Under the pieces are notes generated by a model. That model saw only the letters and a list, made by a program, of their open reading frames with translations. It searched no databases and was not told the DNA's origin. From NCBI GenBank assembly GCA_965248755.1, contig OZ252149.1, positions 1,536,001 to 1,600,000 of the forward strand: a stretch of DNA of 64,000 bases. Reading direction: 5' to 3'. The translations under genes and the position numbers were made by a program. Below are positions 12,199 to 22,249 of this stretch, in pieces (position 1 is the stretch's first letter; every line of letters starts with the position of its first letter). This DNA comes from Candidatus Latescibacterota bacterium (lineage in GTDB: Bacteria > Latescibacterota > CBDEFO01).

Positions 12199-13058
12199 GT
12201 GGGCGGTTTTTGGGTCGAGGCTATTCCCGCAAGGTGGTAGCTTTGGCTTTGGGTTTGCATCGTTCGACTCTGTATAGGTTTAGGGATAGAGGTGTCAGTT
12301 CTTCTGTTAAAGAGCCTGTGATAGATGAGGAGCTTGCTTTTCGTATTCGAGGGATACTGGACCAAGAAGAGGCATTTGGTCACAGGCGGGTTTGGGCGCA
12401 TCTTCGTTTCAAGGAAGGGGAATGTGTCAACGTTAAGAAGGTTCATAGGATAATGAAGCTTAAGGGGTGGCAGTGTAAGCTGTGGAATCGTCCCGGGAGA
12501 AAGGGGCCACAGGTTGCCCAGAAGCGTTCTGTGGTGGATAGTCCCGACAGTTTGTGGTCGAGTGACTTGACAAAGATTTACTGTGGAAAAGATGGTTGGT
12601 GTCCTCTTATTGCGGTGGTGGACAACGGAAGCCGGGAGGTTCCTGGGTATCGTTTTAGTCGAAAAGGGAGGGCACTGGAGGCCACAGATGCCCTGGATCG
12701 GGCCGTGATCTCTCGATACACTTCCAAGGAGGCTGTCCCCCAGGGTCTCACTTTGCGCTCTGACAATGGTTCCATCTTTTTGGCTCGGGCCTATTTGGCC
12801 AGTACCGAATATTGGGGAATTCGTCAGGAATACATACCAAGTGGTAAACCCGATTGGAACGGTGTTGTAGAGCGTTTTTTCAGGACCCTCAAGCAAGAGT
12901 GTGTTTGGCTTCACAAGTTTGAATCCTTTGAACAGGCTGAGAAGATCATATCTCAGTGGATCGATAATTACAACAAGAACAGGCTTCATTCATCCCTGGG
13001 ATATAAGACCCCAAAAGAGTGGAGAAAACAATTTTATCTACTACCCCAGGTTGCTTAA
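12195..13058 (+). CDS. IS3 transposase OrfB (DDE), in the -1 frame relative to OrfA
   Basis: Integrase core motifs and RLHSSLGYKTP. Confidence 0.95.
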   Translation: MSGRFLGRGYSRKVVALALGLHRSTLYRFRDRGVSSSVKEPVIDEELAFRIRGILDQEEAFGHRRVWAHLRFKEGECVNVKKVHRIMKLKGWQCKLWNRPGRKGPQVAQKRSVVDSPDSLWSSDLTKIYCGKDGWCPLIAVVDNGSREVPGYRFSRKGRALEATDALDRAVISRYTSKEAVPQGLTLRSDNGSIFLARAYLASTEYWGIRQEYIPSGKPDWNGVVERFFRTLKQECVWLHKFESFEQAEKIISQWIDNYNKNRLHSSLGYKTPKEWRKQFYLLPQVA

Positions 13059-13748
13059 TTGGTGTCGCTTTCCTGGGAAGCAGTACAAGGCGGACATCTA
13101 AGAAGAGACGGATATTGAACTATATCGGACTCGGTTTAAGCAGTTTATATCTGATCTTTACGGTTATCAACAAATTCTATGTGAACTGGGTATTTGAAGG
13201 GTCGCTTGCAAGACAGAACATCTCATATGACAGATACTTTACGACGCCGACTCCGTTAAATAATATCCTCTGGAGTGGTGTCTTTGAAGACGAAAATGGT
13301 TTTTGGTTGGGACACTACTCTCTGCTGGACAGCAATAAAGACATTACTTTTCGATACATTGAGAAGAACGATCATCTAATTGATCTTATAAAGGATCAGC
13401 GGGCAATAGATAGGCTCATTTGGGTCTCCAAAGGATATTACTCTATTACCACAAAAGACGGTTTTAACTATTTTAACGACCTGAGATTCGGCCAATTCGG
13501 CGGGTGGGCGCAAGAGAGAGATAAGTTCTCATTTTCATATAAGATCATTAACGATGGAAACCGCGTTGACATCCGGAGGGAGCGCCGGTCGCTCGCACTC
13601 AGTTCGCTCAGGGAGCCGCTGAATCAACTTATCGAACGTGTAAAAGGGATTTGATACATTGGTGACCCGGTTCAGATTCAGCTTCTTCGAGTTTGTGACC
13701 CTGCAAAACGTCAGCTGAATATCATTCTTTCAAAGCAGAAAAAAAGAG

Positions 13749-14849
13749 ATGTCATCTTCAAGTCCGAAAAAGATTGTCTTTTTATTTGGTTCTGGAATTT
13801 CAATTTGTGCAGGAATGCCAAGAACCCAAGACATTACTGAACGAGTTCTTTCTGGCGAAGGCATTTCACATTATACAAGTGGGATCTATGGTTGCGATCG
13901 GGTGCTGAACTTTTTGGAAAAGCTGAAAGATGAGATAGATGATTATCACCGTTTATATCAGAATGGGCGGTGCACAAATTATGAAGATCTCTATTACGTA
14001 GCAAGTCAGATTCACGATAGCATATCGGGAGAGTACGATAACCCAGCGGTGCAACCTCTTATTGAAAAAATCTTGCCAGATATCCAGCCACTTCTTATCT
14101 ACAACGAGATCAGTGAGAGAAGTCAACTTAGTGACCTCGCTGACGAGACAACAAATTACATTCAATATACAGTAGAAACACTTCTTTCCGAAAAACCATG
14201 CCGTCTTGACTACTTGAACTGCATAAAGGATACATGTCAAAACATCGAGCACGTGGATATATTCACACTAAATCACGATACAGTTTTGGAACAGTTATTA
14301 AGGACAAACAGTATCAAATTTGTTGACGGCTTTGGGAAACGAGAAAACGATGTTCGATATTGGAATCCAGATTTGTTTGAAAATTCGAAGATTCGGCTTT
14401 TCAAATTGCACGGGTCGGTCGATTGGTTTAGGCATCAAACTAATGATGGAGATAAGTATATAAAAAATCCTAATGAGCAGATGGTAGCAAATATTCAGGA
14501 AGTGATCCTCCTAGTAGGCACTTTCAATAAGATGTTGAATTACACGAGGGCCATATTTACTGAGCTATATTGTCAGTTTCACAGTTCCTTGCGTTGTACA
14601 AAGAATTTAATAGTATGTGGATATAGTTTTGGTGACAAGGGAATCAACACACAGATAGCAGAATGGATTTGCTCGTCATCCGATCATAAGATCATAGTAA
14701 TACATCCCAACCCAGAAAGACTCAAGAGTGGGGCAAGACCTGCTATACGAAATAAATGGGAAACATTCGAAAAACAGAACAAGTTAATAAGCATTTCCAA
14801 GAGGATAGAAGAAGTCAATTGGAAAGAGATTAAGGAACTTGCTAAATAA
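13749..14849 (+). CDS. SIR2-like domain protein (putative NADase/defence effector)
   Basis: FLFGSGIS, FTLNHD, KLHGSVDW, GYSFGD motifs; AT-rich. Confidence 0.85.
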   Translation: MSSSSPKKIVFLFGSGISICAGMPRTQDITERVLSGEGISHYTSGIYGCDRVLNFLEKLKDEIDDYHRLYQNGRCTNYEDLYYVASQIHDSISGEYDNPAVQPLIEKILPDIQPLLIYNEISERSQLSDLADETTNYIQYTVETLLSEKPCRLDYLNCIKDTCQNIEHVDIFTLNHDTVLEQLLRTNSIKFVDGFGKRENDVRYWNPDLFENSKIRLFKLHGSVDWFRHQTNDGDKYIKNPNEQMVANIQEVILLVGTFNKMLNYTRAIFTELYCQFHSSLRCTKNLIVCGYSFGDKGINTQIAEWICSSSDHKIIVIHPNPERLKSGARPAIRNKWETFEKQNKLISISKRIEEVNWKEIKELAK

Positions 14850-15187
14850 ACATAGGGTGTCTCTTCATATAAAATTATATCGGCAACGAAACACGAACTT
14901 GGGCAGTTCCCCTCAAGGTGTGTTCCACGAGATGACGTCTATGTGAGCATCTACTGTGAAACCCTTCGAGAGCTCCCAAAGTGACCCGTAAATGAGCTAC
15001 TTATGAGACTTGGGGAATTTGTATCAGATGCCCATAACGGGCGGTCCCGAAGTAAAAACAATTGACTTTCCGACGTGTGCATCGTATATTTAGTGCAATC
15101 TATGAGTTCTATTCATTAGCTTGAAATGGGGACGGGGGCTTGCCCTGTCTACTACCTACTGTCTACTTTCTTTGGGGTGAGCAGAAC

Positions 15188-15997
15188 GTGGCTAAGGGAA
15201 AATCATATACTGTAATCGTCGTTCCAAACGATGGATCTAGGACTTTCAAATTCACGGCTAGCCAGTTTCAACTCCGGCTGATAAAATATGCTCTTGCTGT
15301 CCTTATAATCCTCATTGTTATCGGAGCGGCCTCTTACTGGACCGTGGCTCGGAGGGCTCTACAGGCTGATGCGTTAGAAAATAGAAACTTAGAATTGGAA
15401 GTCGAAGCCCGCAAGATAGCCCGACTGACTGCTACCCTCGAGAGAATTAAACGGATAAACAGGCAACTCTTGACGCTCTGGAGCGAACGGCAGGGGGAGG
15501 AGCTAAGAGGACTTTCGTACGCAGGAAGCTCATATTTGTCGCCATTTTTGAACTCCAAAGACGCAAAGGGGGCAAAGCGCGGTGAATGGAACAGTATTAG
15601 GTGGAGGCCCACTCTACAGCCTGTGGATGGTTGGATCGTCGAACCATTTGAAATAACAGAGGTTCCTGTCAAGAGGGAACATACAGGTGTAAAGATAGCA
15701 TCTGCTTCTAACTCTATAGTCAAAGCCCCAGCAGACGGAACGGTCACCTTTGCCGACTGGAAAGACGACTGGGGCAGCCTTATAGAAATAGACCATAACA
15801 GTCAATGCTACACCAGATACGGGCACAACCTGAATATACTTGTCCACAAAGGAGAAAGGGTCATAAAAGGACAGGCGATAGCTCTCCTTTCAGGAAATAA
15901 CGGAAAAGTGGAACCATATCTCTACTACGAGATATGGGAGGGCGAACCTGAACACGGAGAACCCCGAGACCCTCAGAACTATTTTTTGAAGTATTAG
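15188..15997 (+). CDS. M23 peptidase-family protein, degenerate active site
   Basis: TM helix, coiled coil and LytM-like domain (APADGTV, TRYGHN); HxxxD and HxH motifs are altered. Confidence 0.8.
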   Translation: MAKGKSYTVIVVPNDGSRTFKFTASQFQLRLIKYALAVLIILIVIGAASYWTVARRALQADALENRNLELEVEARKIARLTATLERIKRINRQLLTLWSERQGEELRGLSYAGSSYLSPFLNSKDAKGAKRGEWNSIRWRPTLQPVDGWIVEPFEITEVPVKREHTGVKIASASNSIVKAPADGTVTFADWKDDWGSLIEIDHNSQCYTRYGHNLNILVHKGERVIKGQAIALLSGNNGKVEPYLYYEIWEGEPEHGEPRDPQNYFLKY

Positions 15998-16015
15998 ACT
16001 TTGAGGAGACCATTT

Positions 16016-16492
16016 ATGGCAAGGGATAAAAACAAACAAGACGGATTTAACCAGGGAACTATGAACACCATAGTGGGAAAGGGATCCACGATAGACGGGA
16101 CTTTCAACATAGAAAGCAGTATAAGGATAGATGGGATCCTACGTGGTGAATTAGAGTCATCAGGCACGCTGGTTCTGGGACCATCAGGACAGATTGAAGC
16201 TAATGTCAAAGTGCAAAACGCCGTCATCGGAGGGAGAGTCGTTGGTAACCTGGAGGTCGCCAATAGAATACGTCTCGAGTCGAAGTCCATTGTCATGGGC
16301 AACATCAAAACCAAACTCCTCGTAGTCGAAGAGGGAGCCGTCTTTAAAGGCAATTGCGACTCAGGTGAGGACGTAAAGATCTCTCAAAGGGAGAACGAAA
16401 AGGACGTTTTGACCCGCAGGCTGAAGAGAGAAAGCGCTCCAGCATCCGACATCCCTTCTTTTAAGCTGAAGGAGGAGAATACAAAGAAATAA
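16016..16492 (+). CDS. Bactofilin (polymer-forming cytoskeletal protein)
   Basis: TIVGKGSTIDG..IRIDG..LVVEEGAVFKG; typical pairing with an M23 gene. Confidence 0.9.
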   Translation: MARDKNKQDGFNQGTMNTIVGKGSTIDGTFNIESSIRIDGILRGELESSGTLVLGPSGQIEANVKVQNAVIGGRVVGNLEVANRIRLESKSIVMGNIKTKLLVVEEGAVFKGNCDSGEDVKISQRENEKDVLTRRLKRESAPASDIPSFKLKEENTKK

Positions 16493-17309
16493 CCATAACG
16501 ATTTCACTCCAAACGCATAGCGTAGTAAATCCATCCCTAAGTCCTGGATCAGAAGAGAACTTACTCCCTATTTTATTTTCCCCTAAAGCCTCTATCTTGG
16601 CATTCTAGATTCCTTCCTCTTTAGAATACTTCAGTGTCTTTTCTACTAAAACCCTTAGGACACCCCGCCTTTGATATTCTGGAAGAACAGAAATGTAAGG
16701 ATTTCTCGCTATCTTTTTTTCTTGTTCCAGAACTGAAGTAATGTAGGGTGGACTTTTCCCGCTGCAGCTCCGCAAATATCCCGTGGGCGTTTGCCTTTAT
16801 ATCGTCCTGAATGTGCCTCCTTTTCTCCACTTCTAACTATTTCCCGACATCACTCCGGATATCTTCTCTATGCTTTGATCTGTGGACGGCATCAAAGCAT
16901 ATTGCAGCGATCTCTTTGAAGACATTCCTCTGGCCCTCGTGGTATTCTATTATCACACAGATGTCCTTTTGCTGTTGAACCCCTCTTATTCAGGGTAGAG
17001 ACTATTTAAGCGCAAAGCATGAAAAGTATGTTCCAATTTCAATTACATGGCGCATTAGAAAACTAACGGTCCCGGCAATGTTTCGTACTATTGGGCAGAG
17101 TAACCTCAAAAGGAAGCAAGAATTTCTTGAATCCCGTACTGTGGTTCTAGATATAGACTTGGATAAAATAGCCGATCAAGAAAATGAATTTAAGATTTTT
17201 TTGTTTCTTTTGGGAATTTGTTTATGTATATTATAGGATGTATATTATAGGATGTCTAGGGCCAAAGTAGATGTGGATCACCTCTGTTTAGCCAAAAGGG
17301 GAGCTACAA

Positions 17310-17735
17310 ATGGGGCAGACTCAGATTCTGATGATCGTCCTGTCTGTGATTATCGTGGGAATTTCTGTAGCCGTGGGCATCAGTCAATTTGGAGAAACGG
17401 CTGTCAGCGCAAACCAAGACGCGGTGGTCTTTGAGTGCCGGCGCATTATGGAGGTAGCGCATCACTGGTATCGTAGGCCCACCAGTATGGGCGGCGGAGG
17501 AAGATCATTTAACGGGCTGACTCTGACTGAGTTAAATACCAGCGGTGAAAACGACATCGGATTCTACAACTTGGGTGGGAGCGGAGACGACCTTACAATC
17601 ATAGGGGAGGGGAAGGAGCAGGACTCCGACGGGAACGTTGCCTATGTGACCGTGACGTTCGATGCCGCCTCTGGAACTCAAACGGGCATTACGATTGTAA
17701 GGGGGACAGTCGGCGGTAATCGGACTGTTCCCTGA
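17310..17735 (+). CDS. Pilin-like protein with class III-like N-terminal helix
   Basis: MGQTQILMIVLSVIIVGISVAVGI N-terminus; GGGGAG RBS. Confidence 0.65.
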   Translation: MGQTQILMIVLSVIIVGISVAVGISQFGETAVSANQDAVVFECRRIMEVAHHWYRRPTSMGGGGRSFNGLTLTELNTSGENDIGFYNLGGSGDDLTIIGEGKEQDSDGNVAYVTVTFDAASGTQTGITIVRGTVGGNRTVP

Positions 17736-17799
17736 GTTCATTCTGCGCAGGACAAAACACCTGGCTAGATTTCGAATCCGTTAGTCGTTCATAAACAGT

Positions 17800-17884
17800 G
17801 CCGAAGTGGTGGAACTGGTAGACACGCTGTCTTGAGGGGGCAGTGGGGAAACCCGTGCCGGTTCGAGTCCGGCCTTCGGCACCA
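17800..17884 (+). tRNA. tRNA-Leu (GAG)
   Basis: Acceptor stem GCCGAAG/CTTCGGC with ACCA end, anticodon loop TTGAGGG, long variable arm, GGTTCGAGTCC T-arm. Confidence 0.95.
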
Positions 17885-17894
17885 CAAATGTTCA

Positions 17895-17927
17895 GAAGGG
17901 TTATGCACATTTGCGTAACCCCTTTTT
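17895..17927 (+). terminator. Intrinsic terminator after the tRNA
   Basis: AAGGGTTATGCA...TGCGTAACCCC hairpin followed by a T run. Confidence 0.75.
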
Positions 17928-18268
17928 GTTGATTGTAGATTGCCTGACAAGTCACCTGAAGATTACGTTCCTGTTTGACCTGGTAAACGTAGAAGGAAGG
18001 GAATGCTGATAGGAAGTAAATCGTGGCAGCGGAAAAATCAGAGACGCAGAACATTACGTCGCAACGCAGAGAGTTTTTCGAAGATCAGGTTATCTTACAG
18101 TGGAAAATCTGTTATCACCTGAAAAACCGACAGGGTAACGGGCTGAAGTTCAATATCTGGCCGAGCTTGTAGATAACCTGTGCAGCCATGAAGAGAAAAT
18201 TACCGTGTTTGTCGCAGGGTCCCGACGCAATGTAGGACACTCCCATTCAACTGACGAAATGCCAATCT

Positions 18269-18529
18269 TCAGGACCCCCTTTTCTTGTCTCGAGCCAAGG
18301 GCGACTTCTTCCCCTTCTGTTTATCTCCCTCCACCAGCCACGTCCTTATAATTTGTGTGGCTTCTGCAGGCTTATTCTGGAAAAGGTTTATCAACTGTTC
18401 CAGGAGTTGTGACCTGTTCTGCAATTCTATCTTCAGTCGCTTTGCTGAAGCCTCCTCTTCAGGTGATTTTGCTGAAGCCTCATCTTCGGGTGGTTTTGCC
18501 GAAGCCTCATCTTCGGGTGTCTTGGCCAT
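18269..18529 (-). CDS. Small protein with three 8-aa repeats and a FliF-C-like tail
   Basis: PEDEASAK-type unit x3 (24 bp tandem); PAEATQIIRTWL. Confidence 0.5.
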   Translation of the reverse strand: MAKTPEDEASAKPPEDEASAKSPEEEASAKRLKIELQNRSQLLEQLINLFQNKPAEATQIIRTWLVEGDKQKGKKSPLARDKKRGS

Positions 18530-18856
18530 ATTTTCTCTCTCTTTGGTAGATTATCCTATTCTGTCACAGTCCACACCATTTTGCCCGTAACACTCGTACT
18601 CATCGGGCCCCGATTGAACCCCCGATTGACTCTATCGGGGGGCGGGGATCAATAAGGGGGCAAGATACAAAGCCCTCCTTAGAGTGCACTTGAACGATCA
18701 CATAGGCACCCTATATCTCCAGGGATAGGCACCCTCTATCTCCAGTATGGTGCTGTTCATGGGTTACCACTATCGCATCTGTTCCAATAAACGAGTCTTT
18801 ACCACGGGACGAGAATCTTCATCGTTTTGATGGATATGACGCGCATTTTATCTTCA

Positions 18857-19723
18857 TTACATCTGTCGGACGAATTTCTGAAGGCGTCCGTTCGCCTGAA
18901 CCTCGCCCACGTAAAGATCTCCGTACGAATCCACCCAGATGCCGTGTGGAAAGGCGAGGAACTCGCCGGGCTGATCGCTTTTCTCTGCACCGCCCCACTT
19001 AGTAAGCAGTTTGCCGTCGAGTGACCAGATGCTGACTTGATGCTGCAACTCAGCGATGTAAATGACATCGTCATCAGGGTCGAAATAGATCGTATCGGGT
19101 CGCAACAAGCCCGTCCACTCTGCCATGAAGCGACCTTCGGTGTCAAAGATCTGGATGCGGTTGTTCTCACGGTCACAGACCCAGACGCGGTCGTGTCTGT
19201 CTACCCGAACGCAGTGGGAGACCTCAAACTGCCCCGGGCCGATGCCCCATTCTCCCCAGGACATCAGCAGCTCTCCTTCGGGCGAAAACCTGTGAACGCG
19301 CGCGTTTTCGTATCCGTCCGAGACGAAGAGCTCGCCCGTTGATGCGATGGCCAGATCTGTCGGCTTGTTGAACGGGTCACCGTCCTTCTGGCCGGGCTGA
19401 TCGGGCGTACCCAACGTCATCACCAGTTCTCCGTTTGCGTTGAACTTGCGGATGCAATGGCGACTCCACTCGGTACAATAGACGTTATCGTCGCCATCTA
19501 TGTAGATACCGTGCGCGTCCGTGAGGATGTCTTCGCCCCACGAATCCACAAAGTTGCCGTCGCGGTCGAAGATGACCAGCGGATGCTCACTGCGCGAATA
19601 GACATAGACGCGGTCTTGTGAATCGCACGCGACCGCCGGAATCCAGCCCCACGTCCAGCCTTCCGGCAGTTGACCCCAGCCCTCCTGGACCTGGTAGGTG
19701 TATTTACCTTCTCCAAATGTCAT
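18857..19723 (-). CDS. NHL-repeat protein (peptidyl-alpha-hydroxyglycine amidating lyase-like)
   Basis: FNKPTDLAI, VSDGYEN, VWVCDRENNRIQIFD repeats; GGAGG RBS before the ATG at 19723. Confidence 0.85.
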   Translation of the reverse strand: MTFGEGKYTYQVQEGWGQLPEGWTWGWIPAVACDSQDRVYVYSRSEHPLVIFDRDGNFVDSWGEDILTDAHGIYIDGDDNVYCTEWSRHCIRKFNANGELVMTLGTPDQPGQKDGDPFNKPTDLAIASTGELFVSDGYENARVHRFSPEGELLMSWGEWGIGPGQFEVSHCVRVDRHDRVWVCDRENNRIQIFDTEGRFMAEWTGLLRPDTIYFDPDDDVIYIAELQHQVSIWSLDGKLLTKWGGAEKSDQPGEFLAFPHGIWVDSYGDLYVGEVQANGRLQKFVRQM

Positions 19724-20009
19724 TTCACCGTGCCTCCAGACTACACATTTTCGTTCGGCTTGTGTGTTAAAGATCACTGCATGTTGTCCATCCAATGATA
19801 TTACAGTATATAACGAATCGCTGGGCTGGTCAAGGATAATTTTCTCCTCATCTCTCCTTCCTTCTCTTTGAAGGAGCAGGTGTCTCGACCAGCCGAGTGC
19901 CGCACTCTGAGATTATTCTTTAAGGGCGAAGCGGGTGAACTGACCGCTGACAAGATGCTCCTTTCTACCCAAATGACTATACAGAGGACATAAGCGGACA
20001 ATACAGCAT

Positions 20010-20310
20010 GCGTTGCAGAAATGACCTGATTTCCGTAAGGAAGGATAAGTAGGAGGATACGCAAACCGCGCACAGAGAAGATCTCCGGTACCTCTCGAGC
20101 ACGACCTTCAGGGGAGGATGACCTCTGACTATCGCAATTACGAAAACAACGAGCAGTTCTGCTACATACTTAGCGGAGAAGGGGGGCTTAATCGGAGATA
20201 GAAAATATCATGTCAGGGAAGGATCTGTGACTTGCTTGCCGCGGAAGCCCTACGATCAGGCGTTCACGGACAAGTATGACGGTTGGATGACGTATCTGGT
20301 CTTGAGCTGA
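20010..20310 (+). pseudogene. Decayed cupin-domain gene
   Basis: Fragments ENNEQFCYILSGEG and IGDRKYHVREGSV, with frameshifts and stops. Confidence 0.55.
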
Positions 20311-20593
20311 AAGGTCTATGCGTTGGTCTAATTTCTATCAGGACGATAAGGACGTTTTACATGGAACTTTTTAAAAAAAGAATTTTTTTAATATAGAAAA
20401 GTTTGCTACAAATCGTCCTTATCGTCCTATCGTCCTGCAAAACGTTCACAGTGTGCATATATTATGCATTGCAGTCCATTATATCCCCTTGATCTCTAAC
20501 TCTTTGGAGGTCACGGTCTCTAACGTCTTGTAGATCTAAGCAAAATCTTGCAGGTCTAGATCTTCAATATTCAAGCAGTCAAGGCGGATTATT

Positions 20594-22249
20594 CTATTCT
20601 CCGAAGAGATCCACTGTCTCCTTTTCTACCTTTTTTCTCTTTTCCCTGGGATCTACCTCGCCCATGTCCTTGTAGAACTTCTCGTCGTAATCTCTGGTTC
20701 TTATCACCACCGGCATAGGGACAGCGTGTCCTATCACCAGGGCCTGCTGTTTGGAATCCAGGCTGGCAAGCACGCTCCTTAAGCCCGAAGCGTTGCTGAC
20801 TCCCGTTAAGACAGCCTGTATATCCTTCTCATCGTTCAGAAGGGCCGTTATCTTGGTGCCAATCTGAGACAGCACCTCTTCGTCTATGCCTGAGGGCCTC
20901 TGATCCACAATCAGAAGGGAGACATAGTATTTCCTCATCTCCCTTGCAATAGTTCCGAAGATCGTCTGCTTTGCCGCCACAGGGTTCAGGAACTTATGTG
21001 CCTCTTCTATCGTTATAACCAACTGTTTGGGTTCATCCTCAACATTCTGTGTGGAGTAGTACTTCTCGCTCTTTTTTACGTAGAGCTCGTGTATCCTCCT
21101 TGTGATGATGTTGGATACCAAAAGGTAGCAGAGTATGCTCGTCTGCTGACCGAACTCCAGAACTATGTGAATGCCCCTATCAATATAGTCCATGATCTTG
21201 TCTATCACATCCTGTCCTTGAGTCTTGCTGACCATAAAGGGGAAGTTCTCAATCCTCTTGAGCTTCCTGTGCAGAGCCACCAGAGAACCCGGATGCGCGT
21301 TTATCTCCTCAGCGAACTCCTCGACCCCCTTCCCCTCCTGATCTAAAAGTGTCCTGAGCCATTTTTCTCTGTATATAGCGTAGACAAGATAAGCCGACTC
21401 CACGGCGGTGGGATTCAGTTTTAGCTCCTCCTGAAGGGGAGCTATGTCCTCTACCGTAATCTGATCGTAGCTGATATAGACTTCGTGATCGGGTTGAACG
21501 CCTCTATCCCTGGTAGATTTCGGATCCAGGGAGAATATCGCCATCTTACTTCCGAACAGTTGTTTTAAGCCCTTGACAAAAGCCCCTTTCCCGATGCCCG
21601 ACTCGGCGATCGCCTTCCAGCCGTACTCGTTGTGCATGTCGAAGATGAAGTTTACGGCCGTGTCGCGCTTAATAAGACCTGAAAGCACAAGCCTGGTCAA
21701 AAACGTCTTTCCCGTTCCGGTCTTTCCGAAGATCCCGTTGCTCCTTTCCACGAAGCGGTTCAAGTTCAGGCATACGGGAGTCTCCATATCCAGAGGTTTG
21801 CCCACGCTGAAATACTTTTTCGAGGCGGATTCGTTCCCGAAGATGCGACTTACGTCCTCCTCCTCGGCCTCCTGAACCATCGAAAAGTGGCCGGGTATGG
21901 TCTTGACGGGTCGCGGCTCTGCATCTCCTTCGTCATTCTCTTGCTCATCTCTGCCCAGCATAAGCATAGGGCGCAGAGAAACAACTACGTACGTGCTCGT
22001 ACCGTCCAGCACCTTATGCATCAGTCCATCGCTCCAATCGGGAGGGTTTACCAATATATCAGGATTTGTCGCATCCAGCCGCACATCTGTGATCATGGAG
22101 AAAAAGTCGTTCTGCTGTCCCTCGATGACCACGAATTTCCCCGCCTTAATCTCTTCCACGTTCAGGTTCTTCTGGTCCAACTTCATCTCCAGTCCTTCAA
22201 CGAGAGAACCTTTCGTGATAATACCTATGCTGCTGTAGCGTCTTCTCAA
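20594..22249 (-). CDS. herA: HerA-type ATPase/helicase
   Basis: N-terminal HAS barrel, GKTGTGKT, FDMHNEY, IEEAHKF, REMRK, DQRPS; in an operon with nurA. Confidence 0.88.
   Translation of the reverse strand: MRRRYSSIGIITKGSLVEGLEMKLDQKNLNVEEIKAGKFVVIEGQQNDFFSMITDVRLDATNPDILVNPPDWSDGLMHKVLDGTSTYVVVSLRPMLMLGRDEQENDEGDAEPRPVKTIPGHFSMVQEAEEEDVSRIFGNESASKKYFSVGKPLDMETPVCLNLNRFVERSNGIFGKTGTGKTFLTRLVLSGLIKRDTAVNFIFDMHNEYGWKAIAESGIGKGAFVKGLKQLFGSKMAIFSLDPKSTRDRGVQPDHEVYISYDQITVEDIAPLQEELKLNPTAVESAYLVYAIYREKWLRTLLDQEGKGVEEFAEEINAHPGSLVALHRKLKRIENFPFMVSKTQGQDVIDKIMDYIDRGIHIVLEFGQQTSILCYLLVSNIITRRIHELYVKKSEKYYSTQNVEDEPKQLVITIEEAHKFLNPVAAKQTIFGTIAREMRKYYVSLLIVDQRPSGIDEEVLSQIGTKITALLNDEKDIQAVLTGVSNASGLRSVLASLDSKQQALVIGHAVPMPVVIRTRDYDEKFYKDMGEVDPREKRKKVEKETVDLFGE

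Larger units (their letters stand above)
11822..13087 (+). mobile_element. IS3-family element, copy 1 (1266 bp, AGGC target duplication)
   Basis: OrfA (HTH) and OrfB (DDE/rve: WSSD..D..VERFFRTLKQE); imperfect IRs CATACCGCTCCCC / TGTACTGCTTCCC; AGGC on both sides. Confidence 0.97.
11368..13654 (+). pseudogene. YdjM-like metal-dependent membrane hydrolase interrupted by IS
   Basis: MDTLTQ..PDLD..HRGFSHS..HPMLD N-terminal half. Removing the IS and one AGGC restores FLRRTSKKRR in frame. Confidence 0.9.

Noticed and set aside
11697..12989. ~400 aa antisense ORF across every IS copy
   Set aside because: It shadows orfA/orfB, has no recognisable motifs, and its end varies with the flank; its recurrence only reflects IS identity.
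9290..15050. Integron cassette array (hairpins near 9300 and 13670-13720; unrelated co-oriented genes)
   Set aside because: No integrase in the window and no convincing RYYYAAC/GTTRRRY attC pairs.
16500..17200. Possible decayed gene on the minus strand
   Set aside because: Only short broken frames with no family I can identify.
18600..18745. CRISPR array
   Set aside because: Only two-copy repeats, with no unique spacers and no cas genes.
17800..20590. tRNA-anchored integrated island
   Set aside because: No integrase and no duplicated tRNA 3' end were found.
13749..22249. SIR2-HerA defence system
   Set aside because: The genes are about 6 kb apart on opposite strands, and herA is in a nurA-HAS repair operon.
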